From IMG/VR virus record IMGVR_UViG_3300037313_000591, positions 1 through 57,794 of that record: a stretch of 57,794 bases of DNA, one strand, 5' to 3'. The DNA is from a virus (lineage: Duplodnaviria > Caudoviricetes). Below the pieces are notes generated by a model. The model made no database searches. It saw nothing but the letters and a program-made list of their open reading frames with translations, and was not told the origin of the DNA. Numbering within the stretch: the stretch's first letter is position 1; every line of letters begins with the position of its first letter. Positions 9,912 through 18,008 of the stretch are shown piece after piece. The position numbers and the translations under genes are program-made.

Positions 9912-10700
9912 ATGCCTCTCATCAGTAACGCCGCCCTGCAGGATATCGGCGACAAGCTCGCGCGGTTTGCCGCCATGTCGGTGGGCGACCCGAATTTCGA
10001 CGACTCCTTCACCGCCGGCCTCGACGCCGCAAGCAATGCCGTGCTATCCGGTTCGAACAGCATCGCCCAGTACCTGCTCGACTCCAACGACGAAGCGGTG
10101 ACCGCCGACCTGCTGCCAGCGGCACGTGACCTGGACGAAGCGCATCCGGCGATGCCGACCGGCTTCCTGCTCGGTATTCCAGGCATCAGCGCGATGATTA
10201 AGGCGCTGGACAGCCACCTGAAGCGTTACGCCGGCGTGACGAGCCTGGATGCGTACCTGTCGACCCTGAATGCCAGTGCACCGACGCTGCGCTTTCACGC
10301 TGCCTTTACCGACCACCTGAAAACGCTGTCGGCCAAGAACGTCTTCATCGGCGCGGATCTGGACCTGGCTCGCGTGAACGTCTCTGGCGCCGCGGCCGGC
10401 ACTTTTACCCACCTGGCCGCGATCGACAAAACCAAGTATTCGGGCGCCAAGCTGGTCGCGAAGAACGTCGGCGCGCTGACCTCGAGCACGAACCTGTCGA
10501 TCACCGGCAAGAAGTTCGACGGCACGACTGCAACCCTGACTGCCGCGATCACGACCCTGACCGACGGCGCCGAAACCAACCTGTCGGACGTCACCAAGGT
10601 CTTCATCGACGTGACCGGCATCACTGTCACCTCGGGCGGCACCGCCGGCAACGCGATCAAGATCGTCGCCAAGACCGACCGCAGCATCGCCGCAGCCTAA
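9912..10700 (+). CDS. highly expressed structural protein of unknown role
   Basis: AAGGA RBS, strong codon bias, Thr/Ala-rich beta-type C-terminus; between terminator and tube genes. Confidence 0.6.
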   Translation: MPLISNAALQDIGDKLARFAAMSVGDPNFDDSFTAGLDAASNAVLSGSNSIAQYLLDSNDEAVTADLLPAARDLDEAHPAMPTGFLLGIPGISAMIKALDSHLKRYAGVTSLDAYLSTLNASAPTLRFHAAFTDHLKTLSAKNVFIGADLDLARVNVSGAAAGTFTHLAAIDKTKYSGAKLVAKNVGALTSSTNLSITGKKFDGTTATLTAAITTLTDGAETNLSDVTKVFIDVTGITVTSGGTAGNAIKIVAKTDRSIAAA

Positions 10701-10728
10701 CCCTAACTCTCCGATAAGGTAATCAATC

Positions 10729-11487
10729 ATGGCATTTAACGACAATTCTTACGGCCTGTTCCAGGGGCAGTTGTTCCTCGCTGCGCGCACCATGAACGGC
10801 CCAATGACCGGCGGCTATATGCCGGTTGGCGACGCCGACATGTTCACGATCGACCCTAAGCAGAAGTTCGAGGACATCGAGGAAAGCCAGACCGGCCTCG
10901 GCCTGACTGCGGCGCACATTCCGACCCAGACCTCGGTCTCGGCGAAAATGCGCCTGCTGAACATCAAGCTGGACAACTGGGAGCGTGCCGTGTGGGGTAC
11001 CCAGTCGGGCGCGGTCGATGCCGGCACCGTCTCGAGCGAGCCGGTCGTGGCCTACGCGGGTTCGATGATCCCGCTGGCTCACCCTGGCGTGTCGAATGTG
11101 ACCATCGCCGGCCTGGCCGAAGGCACTGACTTCGTAGTCGACGCGCGTCAAGGCGCAGTGAGCATCCTGCCGACCTCGACCGCAACGTTCCCGCTGGAGA
11201 CTACCGCGTCGTATTCCTACGCCGCCTACAGCGGCAAGGTGGAAGCCTTTACCCAAAGCCAGCCGGTGTTCTCGATCATGATGTTGGGAATCAACACGGC
11301 GAACTCGAACCAGCCGGTGCGCGTCGAGTGCTACCAGTGGGCGCCGGACATGGCGAAGGTGCTGAACATGATCGAAAAGAAACACATGAACTTCGAGCTC
11401 GATGGCATGCTGCTGCAGGACCAGTCCCGCCCGCTGCCGAGCGGCGACTCGCCGCTGTCGCAGTTCTTCACTGTGACCAAAGGCTAA
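10729..11487 (+). CDS. major tail tube protein
   Basis: QGQLFLA..G...VG..D, EESQTG, GINTAN..PVRVE motifs; no sheath gene present, so siphovirus. Confidence 0.8.
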   Translation: MAFNDNSYGLFQGQLFLAARTMNGPMTGGYMPVGDADMFTIDPKQKFEDIEESQTGLGLTAAHIPTQTSVSAKMRLLNIKLDNWERAVWGTQSGAVDAGTVSSEPVVAYAGSMIPLAHPGVSNVTIAGLAEGTDFVVDARQGAVSILPTSTATFPLETTASYSYAAYSGKVEAFTQSQPVFSIMMLGINTANSNQPVRVECYQWAPDMAKVLNMIEKKHMNFELDGMLLQDQSRPLPSGDSPLSQFFTVTKG

Positions 11488-11490
11488 GCG

Positions 11491-11910
11491 ATGAGCGAAG
11501 ACCTGAAAGCCCTGTTTCCGGGGCAGGAGGTCGTCGCTGGCGGGGAGACGATCGTCGTTTCCCCGTTCGCATTCGGCCAGTTGCCGCAAGTAGCGAAGTG
11601 CTTCGCGTCGATCAAGGGTGTCATCGAGGGCGGCGACCTGGTGGAAATCGCGTCTGCTGGCGGCGAAGACCTACTAAAACTGCTGTGCCTGGCGGCAAAG
11701 AAGCCGCGGGCATGGTTCGACACGCTACCGTCCGACGAGGGCCTGACCCTGATGGCGGCTGTTATCCAGCAAAACCGCGATTTTTTCGTCCGCCGGATGT
11801 CCCCAGCTCTGCAACGCCTCACTCAGGCCGTGAATGGGACTGGGGCGCAATCGTCGCCAGACTCATCCGCGCCGGCCACCGATGGGGCGACATCCCAGGC
11901 TACACCCTGA
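11491..11910 (+). CDS. tail assembly chaperone (G-like)
   Basis: Between tube and tape measure; NRDFF motif. Confidence 0.75.
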   Translation: MSEDLKALFPGQEVVAGGETIVVSPFAFGQLPQVAKCFASIKGVIEGGDLVEIASAGGEDLLKLLCLAAKKPRAWFDTLPSDEGLTLMAAVIQQNRDFFVRRMSPALQRLTQAVNGTGAQSSPDSSAPATDGATSQATP

Positions 11911-12056
11911 GCCAGATCAAGCTGTTTATCCGCGAATCCACCGTTCTAGAGCGGGAAGAAGCGGCTGAGCGCCTGAAATACGGCTGGATGGCGGCGAATC
12001 TCGAAGGCGACAAGATCAACGACGCGGCCAAAGCACTCACCGAGCGCCGCGACTAA
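11781..12056 (+). CDS. -1 frameshift extension of the tail chaperone (GT-like)
   Basis: In-frame heptamer T TTT TTC at 11781-11787; the -1 frame reads WGAIVARLIRAGHRWGDIPGYTLSQ to a stop at 12056. Confidence 0.65.
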   Translation, partial: FFRPPDVPSSATPHSGREWDWGAIVARLIRAGHRWGDIPGYTLSQIKLFIRESTVLEREEAAERLKYGWMAANLEGDKINDAAKALTERRD

Positions 12057-12594
12057 CGCCGCCAGGGATTTTTGCCAGCCATTCCAACTGCGGCAACTGG
12101 TCGTGATGGAGAAGTAGAACCTGCGTGCTGGCGGCAAGCGCGTAAGCAGAGGCCGTGTATGTGGCCGTGCTGACGACGACGGCAACCTGCGCGCCGTAGT
12201 GTAGCCGCCCGGCGACGACTTCCTGCACAGCCCGGTTTCCCACTGGGTGCGTGTACATCTTGCATTGGATTGCAACCTTGGTGCCCCGCAGAATCGCGAT
12301 CACATCGACGCCCTGGTCCTGTAGCGGCGTCATATGCGTCTGCCATCCGGCATCGCGCAGCAGTAACGCGCAGTATTCCTCGTAGGCAAGCGGTGACAAG
12401 CTCCAGACGTCGGCCATGCGCAGTCCGTCGGCCTTTGCATCAATTTCGATACGCACCTTGCGTACCGCGACCGCGAGAACGAGGAAGCCAATGATTGTGT
12501 AGAGCAAAGGGATGCGCGAGACAACCCACACGGCACATGCGGCAATGATGCCGAGCCACGAGTAGTAGCAAAGCTTTTTCAGCAGCCACAGCAT
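12037..12594 (-). CDS. membrane-anchored Mrr-like restriction endonuclease (moron)
   Basis: Two N-terminal hydrophobic helices, then YEEYCA..L, DQGVDVIA, IQCKMY, AVQEVVAG (Mrr_cat signature); opposite strand to the tail genes. Confidence 0.85.
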   Translation of the reverse strand: MLWLLKKLCYYSWLGIIAACAVWVVSRIPLLYTIIGFLVLAVAVRKVRIEIDAKADGLRMADVWSLSPLAYEEYCALLLRDAGWQTHMTPLQDQGVDVIAILRGTKVAIQCKMYTHPVGNRAVQEVVAGRLHYGAQVAVVVSTATYTASAYALAASTQVLLLHHDQLPQLEWLAKIPGGVSRGAR

Positions 12595-12626
12595 TTCGTA
12601 AATCTAGCACAACCGAGCGAGCACAC

Positions 12627-15600
12627 ATGGCATCCATGAACATCGAAATGCGCCTGAACCTGGTCGACACGGCCAGCGCTCCGGTCAAGGCGTTCATTTC
12701 GACGCTGGAAGGGTTGGAGGCGGCCGTTTCGGGTGTCTCCAGCCGGATGGCTGGCCTTGCGGCAGGCATGGATGCTCTTGGCGCATCGCTCGGCCTCATC
12801 AAGACCAATTCTGCCGGCGCCGCGGCTGAACTCGGCACGATCGGCGCGCAGGCCGGCACGGCTGCGGGTGAAACGGCACGCCTGGAAACCACCATGGCAG
12901 CCCTGTCACTGTCGCTGGAGCGCATCGTCGGCCAACTCGGCACGACTACCGCCGGTCTCGCCCGCATGGGTGGCGCGGCGGTTGCCGCTGGCACGGAAGC
13001 CGGTGCCGCCATGAATGGCGTTGGCGTTGGCGCCCAAGGTGCGACTACCCACGTGAATACGCTTGCGTCGTCGATTCAGGGCATGGCCGCACTGTGGGCC
13101 GCCTTCAAGATCGAGAAGGGCCTGAAGGCTTCGGTCGAGAGCGCAGCAGAGTACGAACGTACGGATAATCGTCTGCGGAATCTGAATCTGACGCCGTCCG
13201 AATCAGCGGAAATCCATAAATCTGTGCGCCAGACCGGCCGCGATTTCCACCAGTTCGACCAGAATGAGTTACTGGGAATGGCGATCGACCTACGCAATGC
13301 TACTGGTAGCGCGCATGAAGCCGCAGAAGGACTAAAAGGCTTCGCCGAGTCTGTCTTCGCCATCAACTTGTCTATGCCAAGTGGACAGAAGCTAGATAAG
13401 CAGGGTGAACTAAACTTCGCAAAGCTGCTGGAAGGCCGGGGTGTCACCATGGATCCGGCGCGCATGGAGGCAATGCAAGATCTGGTCGTTAAGATGGTCG
13501 CCACCACGCAAGGTCGCGTGAACCCGAACAACCTGTTCGGCAATCTCAGCTATGCAAAAGGTGGTCTTGGCCAGACCATGGATGACGAAGCGTTCAAGGT
13601 TTTCGGCGCGCTCATTGAACAGGACCAAATCGGCGGCGGGACCGGCGGTCGAGTCGGTACGATGGTCACGTCCTTCGTCAACAGCATAACGAAGGGCAGG
13701 GCTATCACGACGAAGAATCGCGATGAATGGCTCAAGCTCGGCCTAGTCGACCCGGACAAGGTCAACATCAACAAGAACACCAATCAGATCACCAGCATCC
13801 AAGCTGGCGCGATCGCGGGCACCGAGATCGTCGGCAAGAACTTCAAGCGCTGGGTGGACGAATACCTGCGCCCGGCGCTAATTAAGGCTGGCGTCAATAT
13901 GGACGATCAGGCCGCGATCAAAGCCAAAACCGATGTGTTGTTCCCGGATCGGAACGCATCTGAAACAGGATTTCAGCTGCTTTCCCGTAAAAAGCTGATC
14001 GAGAAAGACGTCGAAAACTTCGACAAAACCGCCGGGAAGAAAGAGCAAGTCGAGAACGGCAAGAATCTTTCTGTCGCAGAGTGGGAAAGATTCCACAAGG
14101 TGATCAATGACCTGTCGATGGCGATCGGCGCAACGCTGCTGCCAGTACTGAACCCGGTGCTTGAAGCCTTTACGAAAGTCCTTGAAGTGATCGGCCGCCT
14201 CAGCCAGGATCATCCCGTCTTCGGATTCATGGTTGGCCTGAGTGGCGTCCTTGGCACTGTGTCGCTTGCAATCGCCGGCGTGACACGCCTGTTTGGTCCG
14301 CTCGGCGCAATGCTTGGCGTGACCGGCGCATCGTTTGGCGGCTTCGGCGCGATGGTAAGCGGCGCTGGTGCCGTCATCTCTACTGCCGTTGGCTTTATTC
14401 TGAGGTGGCTGCTGCGTTTGATCGGCCCGATCGGCCTGATCCTGCTGGCGTGGGACGCAGGCCTCGGTGACTGGATCTCGAAGCTCAATGTGTTCGGCCA
14501 CTCAGTCGGCGATTGGGCATCCTCCCTGTCCGACACCGTCGTCACCGCATTCAAGAACATGTGGGTGCGCACGAAGCAGTACTTCGGCTTCCTGTCGGAC
14601 GATGCAGCGGCTGCACAAATCGAAGCAAACAACAAGGCGAGCGCTCAGAAGCAAGGGAAGCTCGGCTTTGGTCCCAAATCCGTTGAAAAAGCGCCGGCTA
14701 CACCAGCAACGCGCGGCGGCGCATCGGGCGATTGGGGGCGCGGCGAGGAAATTTCGCCAGAGTCCAAGGCAACCGAGGATAAGGTTAAGCGCGAAAAGGC
14801 AATTGCCAAGCAGCGAGAGGAGAACCAGGCGGCAGCCGCAGGTCTGCTCGGTGGCGGCAAGAAGGGCGGTCGCTTCAAGAACTACGACGCCAATCTCGAC
14901 GACGCGAAGAACGATCTACGTCTGGAAGAGGATGAACTCGCCCGCCACATGAAGGCCGAGGACGAGCTCTACAAAGCGGGCAAGCTGTCGATCGACGAGT
15001 ATTACGACGACAAACTGGCAACGATGCGCAAGAGCGTCAACGCACAGATTGCTGAGCTCGAGCGAGAAAAGACTGCTTACCAAAAGCAGGGCGATAAAGC
15101 CGGTGCCAACCGTGCGGATACCGAGATCACCCTGCGTAAGCGTGACCTCTCGGATAACGAGAAGTCGGTCGAAGTGCAGCGGCAGAAAGATCTAAACGCG
15201 CTGAAAGAACGCGGTCTGCAACTTGATGCCCAGCAACTGCAGGCCGAGGGCAAACGCAGCCAAGCGGCTCTCGCCCGTGAGGTGCAGAAGCTCAAGAAGG
15301 ACCAGGAAGAATACCTGCGCAATGGCGACTACGAGCACGCGATGCTCGCGCAGCAGGCGATCGACACCGCCAAGCTGACTGCATCGTGGGAGCAGTACGG
15401 CGAAGCGGTCAAGAAGGTGCAGGAAGGCACGCAAACTCTGGAAGCCGCGGTCGACGCAGAGTTCAAGGCCGGCCACCTGAGCAGGTTCCAGGCCGAGCAG
15501 AAGGTGTTCGCGCTCCGGCAGCAGGAAGCCCAGCAACTCGACGAGCTGATCGCCAAGGAAAGGGCACTGATCCAGGCATCGGATGCTCCGCAGGGCGTGA

Positions 15601-16232
15601 AAGACCAGCGCCTGAAGACGCTCGACCTGTCGCAGGCAAGGGCACGTTCGACGCTGTCGGAAATGAACCCAGAGGATATGCGCGTCAAGCAAACGCTTGA
15701 TAGCAGTATCGAGGGCGGGCTCACGAACTTGTTCGACAGTGTTATCAGCCGCTCCAAGTCGGCGAGCGAAGCCATCAAGGATTTCGGTAACAGCATCAAG
15801 GCAACGTTCACCAAGCTGATTTCTGAGCAGTTGGGGCGCAGCCTGTTCCAGTCCCTGTTCGGCTCGGGCGGCGTGGATATGGGTTCTGGTGGCGGCCTAG
15901 GCTCGCTATTCGGTTCGGGTGGCTTCTTCGGAAGCCTGTTCGGATCGTCTGGCGGCTCCGGCGTAGCGTCAAGTGCAACGTATGCAGCAAACGATTTCCT
16001 CTCGTTCGACGTCGGCACCGACCGCGTGCCCGCGGACATGCTGGCGATGATCCACAAGGACGAAATGATCGTGCCTGCCTATGACGCGGAACGGCTGCGT
16101 AATCTGCAGCCAGGTAGCGGGCGTGCAAATGCCGCTCCTCAGCCGATCCTGCAAATTCATCCTGACGCCTTCCACATGAAGCTCGGCGACTGGTTTGAGT
16201 CAGAAATGGCACGTCAACTGGCAACGCGATGA
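12627..16232 (+). CDS. tape measure protein
   Basis: 1201 aa, Ala/Gly-rich with a TM-like centre and coiled coils; C-terminal SFDVGTDRVPADMLAMIHKDEMIVPA. Confidence 0.92.
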   Translation: MASMNIEMRLNLVDTASAPVKAFISTLEGLEAAVSGVSSRMAGLAAGMDALGASLGLIKTNSAGAAAELGTIGAQAGTAAGETARLETTMAALSLSLERIVGQLGTTTAGLARMGGAAVAAGTEAGAAMNGVGVGAQGATTHVNTLASSIQGMAALWAAFKIEKGLKASVESAAEYERTDNRLRNLNLTPSESAEIHKSVRQTGRDFHQFDQNELLGMAIDLRNATGSAHEAAEGLKGFAESVFAINLSMPSGQKLDKQGELNFAKLLEGRGVTMDPARMEAMQDLVVKMVATTQGRVNPNNLFGNLSYAKGGLGQTMDDEAFKVFGALIEQDQIGGGTGGRVGTMVTSFVNSITKGRAITTKNRDEWLKLGLVDPDKVNINKNTNQITSIQAGAIAGTEIVGKNFKRWVDEYLRPALIKAGVNMDDQAAIKAKTDVLFPDRNASETGFQLLSRKKLIEKDVENFDKTAGKKEQVENGKNLSVAEWERFHKVINDLSMAIGATLLPVLNPVLEAFTKVLEVIGRLSQDHPVFGFMVGLSGVLGTVSLAIAGVTRLFGPLGAMLGVTGASFGGFGAMVSGAGAVISTAVGFILRWLLRLIGPIGLILLAWDAGLGDWISKLNVFGHSVGDWASSLSDTVVTAFKNMWVRTKQYFGFLSDDAAAAQIEANNKASAQKQGKLGFGPKSVEKAPATPATRGGASGDWGRGEEISPESKATEDKVKREKAIAKQREENQAAAAGLLGGGKKGGRFKNYDANLDDAKNDLRLEEDELARHMKAEDELYKAGKLSIDEYYDDKLATMRKSVNAQIAELEREKTAYQKQGDKAGANRADTEITLRKRDLSDNEKSVEVQRQKDLNALKERGLQLDAQQLQAEGKRSQAALAREVQKLKKDQEEYLRNGDYEHAMLAQQAIDTAKLTASWEQYGEAVKKVQEGTQTLEAAVDAEFKAGHLSRFQAEQKVFALRQQEAQQLDELIAKERALIQASDAPQGVKDQRLKTLDLSQARARSTLSEMNPEDMRVKQTLDSSIEGGLTNLFDSVISRSKSASEAIKDFGNSIKATFTKLISEQLGRSLFQSLFGSGGVDMGSGGGLGSLFGSGGFFGSLFGSSGGSGVASSATYAANDFLSFDVGTDRVPADMLAMIHKDEMIVPAYDAERLRNLQPGSGRANAAPQPILQIHPDAFHMKLGDWFESEMARQLATR

Positions 16233-16447
16233 CTATCTCAGCTTATCCAACAAACGTCGCCGTCGACGCGACCTCGCTTCTGATTTTCTCGGGGCCGCCG
16301 AACGTTACTGTCCAATGGACGTTGACCGGAAGCGGCATTCTGGAACCGGTCGAAGCCTATACGGACGTCAACGGCAAGGCGCACGCCAAGTACACGCCAG
16401 GCACGGTAGGCGACGTAGTGACGATCGAAGTAACACACGGCATCTAG
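16229..16447 (+). CDS. small Ig-like (Big_1-type) tail protein
   Basis: VQWTLTGSG...TDVNGKAHAKYTPG; ATGA-coupled to the tape measure gene. Confidence 0.55.
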   Translation: MTISAYPTNVAVDATSLLIFSGPPNVTVQWTLTGSGILEPVEAYTDVNGKAHAKYTPGTVGDVVTIEVTHGI

Positions 16448-16455
16448 GGATATCA

Positions 16456-16992
16456 ATGACGACTTTGACCAGTTCGACGACTATCACGGTCGGCGATGGC
16501 GCTACAGCCGTCGATTCGGTGCAATTGACCGTTCTACCCGCCGTAAGTGCGCCCAATGGCCGCGGGCGCCTCGTTCATCCGTCGCTCGGGACCTACGATT
16601 ACGTGCGCGGCCCTGACGAATGGGTGAACATCGATGGCGACGTGATCGTTGCTCCCACCTGGGCTAGCTCCAAGACCTTGCTTGGCTCGGCAAACACGCT
16701 TTTCGTGGGCGATATTCGTGACGTCACGGTAGAAGAACGCTGGGTGCAGTCGGTGGCAGGAGAACTGTCTCTGGTGAGGACGCTACTCGCGTTTTGGATG
16801 AACCCGCCGGATCCGTCGCTTGCGTATGTCGAGTGGTACCCGACCTACACCAGCAATCTTGGCTTCAAAGTCATCCTGCTTTCGCTGACGGTCGCCGGCA
16901 AGGAGATCACCCTGTCGTCGCTCGCGCACCAGGGCTGGGTTCGCGGGCCGATTGTGCTGCGGATGAAGATCGCGGGGCGGATCACGCCATGA
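16456..16992 (+). CDS. distal tail-like protein (putative)
   Basis: ATG 16456 after AGGGA; position after the tape measure gene. Confidence 0.5.
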   Translation: MTTLTSSTTITVGDGATAVDSVQLTVLPAVSAPNGRGRLVHPSLGTYDYVRGPDEWVNIDGDVIVAPTWASSKTLLGSANTLFVGDIRDVTVEERWVQSVAGELSLVRTLLAFWMNPPDPSLAYVEWYPTYTSNLGFKVILLSLTVAGKEITLSSLAHQGWVRGPIVLRMKIAGRITP

Positions 16993-18008
16993 TGGAGTTG
17001 CTTTCAGGGCCGCACTTGGTGGCTCGCGTAGGGGAGGATTCCGCTTATACGGGCCCCTACGATACCAACAGGGCATTCTGGGATGACGAGCTCGGTATTG
17101 GGTCGCTGGCCGGCTATACAACGGCCCATGACGCGTTTGGATATGGCGCGAACTACTTCATTGCTCAGTTGGATGGTACGTGTGGCGCCAGAGCAAAGGC
17201 TTTTCATGGAGCTGTACTCGTCGACTTGTCGGGACAGTACGAATGGGCGCTATACGACGCTAATTTCAACGCTGACCTCGGGGCGCCAACTGGTTACGTG
17301 TATGGCCTCGATAAGCAGAGCGGAGTCTACGCCGACAAGCTGATTGCTATGAGCGCCGGCATTTATGCCAACCCCGTCATCTTCCCGCAAATCCGCACGA
17401 ACGATCGACTAATTTCCATTCATGGCGCTGCAGTCACGAAGCGTGCGCTCGATGGGAGCGATGCTGACTGGATCACGGAATGCACGCTAACGCCCGGCCC
17501 ATCCGATCCAATTTACGCCGGTCAGGTGCCTTCTGTTTCGAGGACGAAGGACCCTGGGATCGTCTGCCTGATTTATCCGAGCGGCGGCATCCTTTTCTAC
17601 GATGTCTTCGCAAAACAGCAAGTCGTCAAACCATGGATTGCTCGCATCGGTGCAAACAAGGGCGCGTGGTACAGCGTCAAGTTCGATATCTACGTTAGCT
17701 ACACGATAAGCGGTGGTGAGTGGTACGTGAGCGTGTGGGCCAATTCCGTGCGCCCGGCGACGCTAAGCAATCCGGAGCCGCTAACGTCAGTAGCAAGCGC
17801 GACCATAACTCAGCTTCGCGTGCGCCTGCTGGGTGACCATGACGAGCCGTGTGAGGGCGAACTGATTTCGTGGTCGATAACCGATGGTAGCGGCTCGTTG
17901 ACCGCACCGCAGTCCAAGACTAATGCCGAGGGCTATGCCTACATCGGCTACGTGGCACCAATAACTGGCGGATCCACGTCGACCATTCAGGCAGTAGCGG
18001 AGTTCTGA
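16989..18008 (+). CDS. tail protein with a C-terminal Ig-like domain
   Basis: ATGA overlap; C-terminal ISWSITDGSGSL...TNAEGYAYIGY. Confidence 0.6.
   Translation: MMELLSGPHLVARVGEDSAYTGPYDTNRAFWDDELGIGSLAGYTTAHDAFGYGANYFIAQLDGTCGARAKAFHGAVLVDLSGQYEWALYDANFNADLGAPTGYVYGLDKQSGVYADKLIAMSAGIYANPVIFPQIRTNDRLISIHGAAVTKRALDGSDADWITECTLTPGPSDPIYAGQVPSVSRTKDPGIVCLIYPSGGILFYDVFAKQQVVKPWIARIGANKGAWYSVKFDIYVSYTISGGEWYVSVWANSVRPATLSNPEPLTSVASATITQLRVRLLGDHDEPCEGELISWSITDGSGSLTAPQSKTNAEGYAYIGYVAPITGGSTSTIQAVAEF

Noticed and set aside
9912-11487. Contractile tail sheath
   Set aside because: No sheath or baseplate-wedge motifs and the sizes do not fit; the layout is siphoviral
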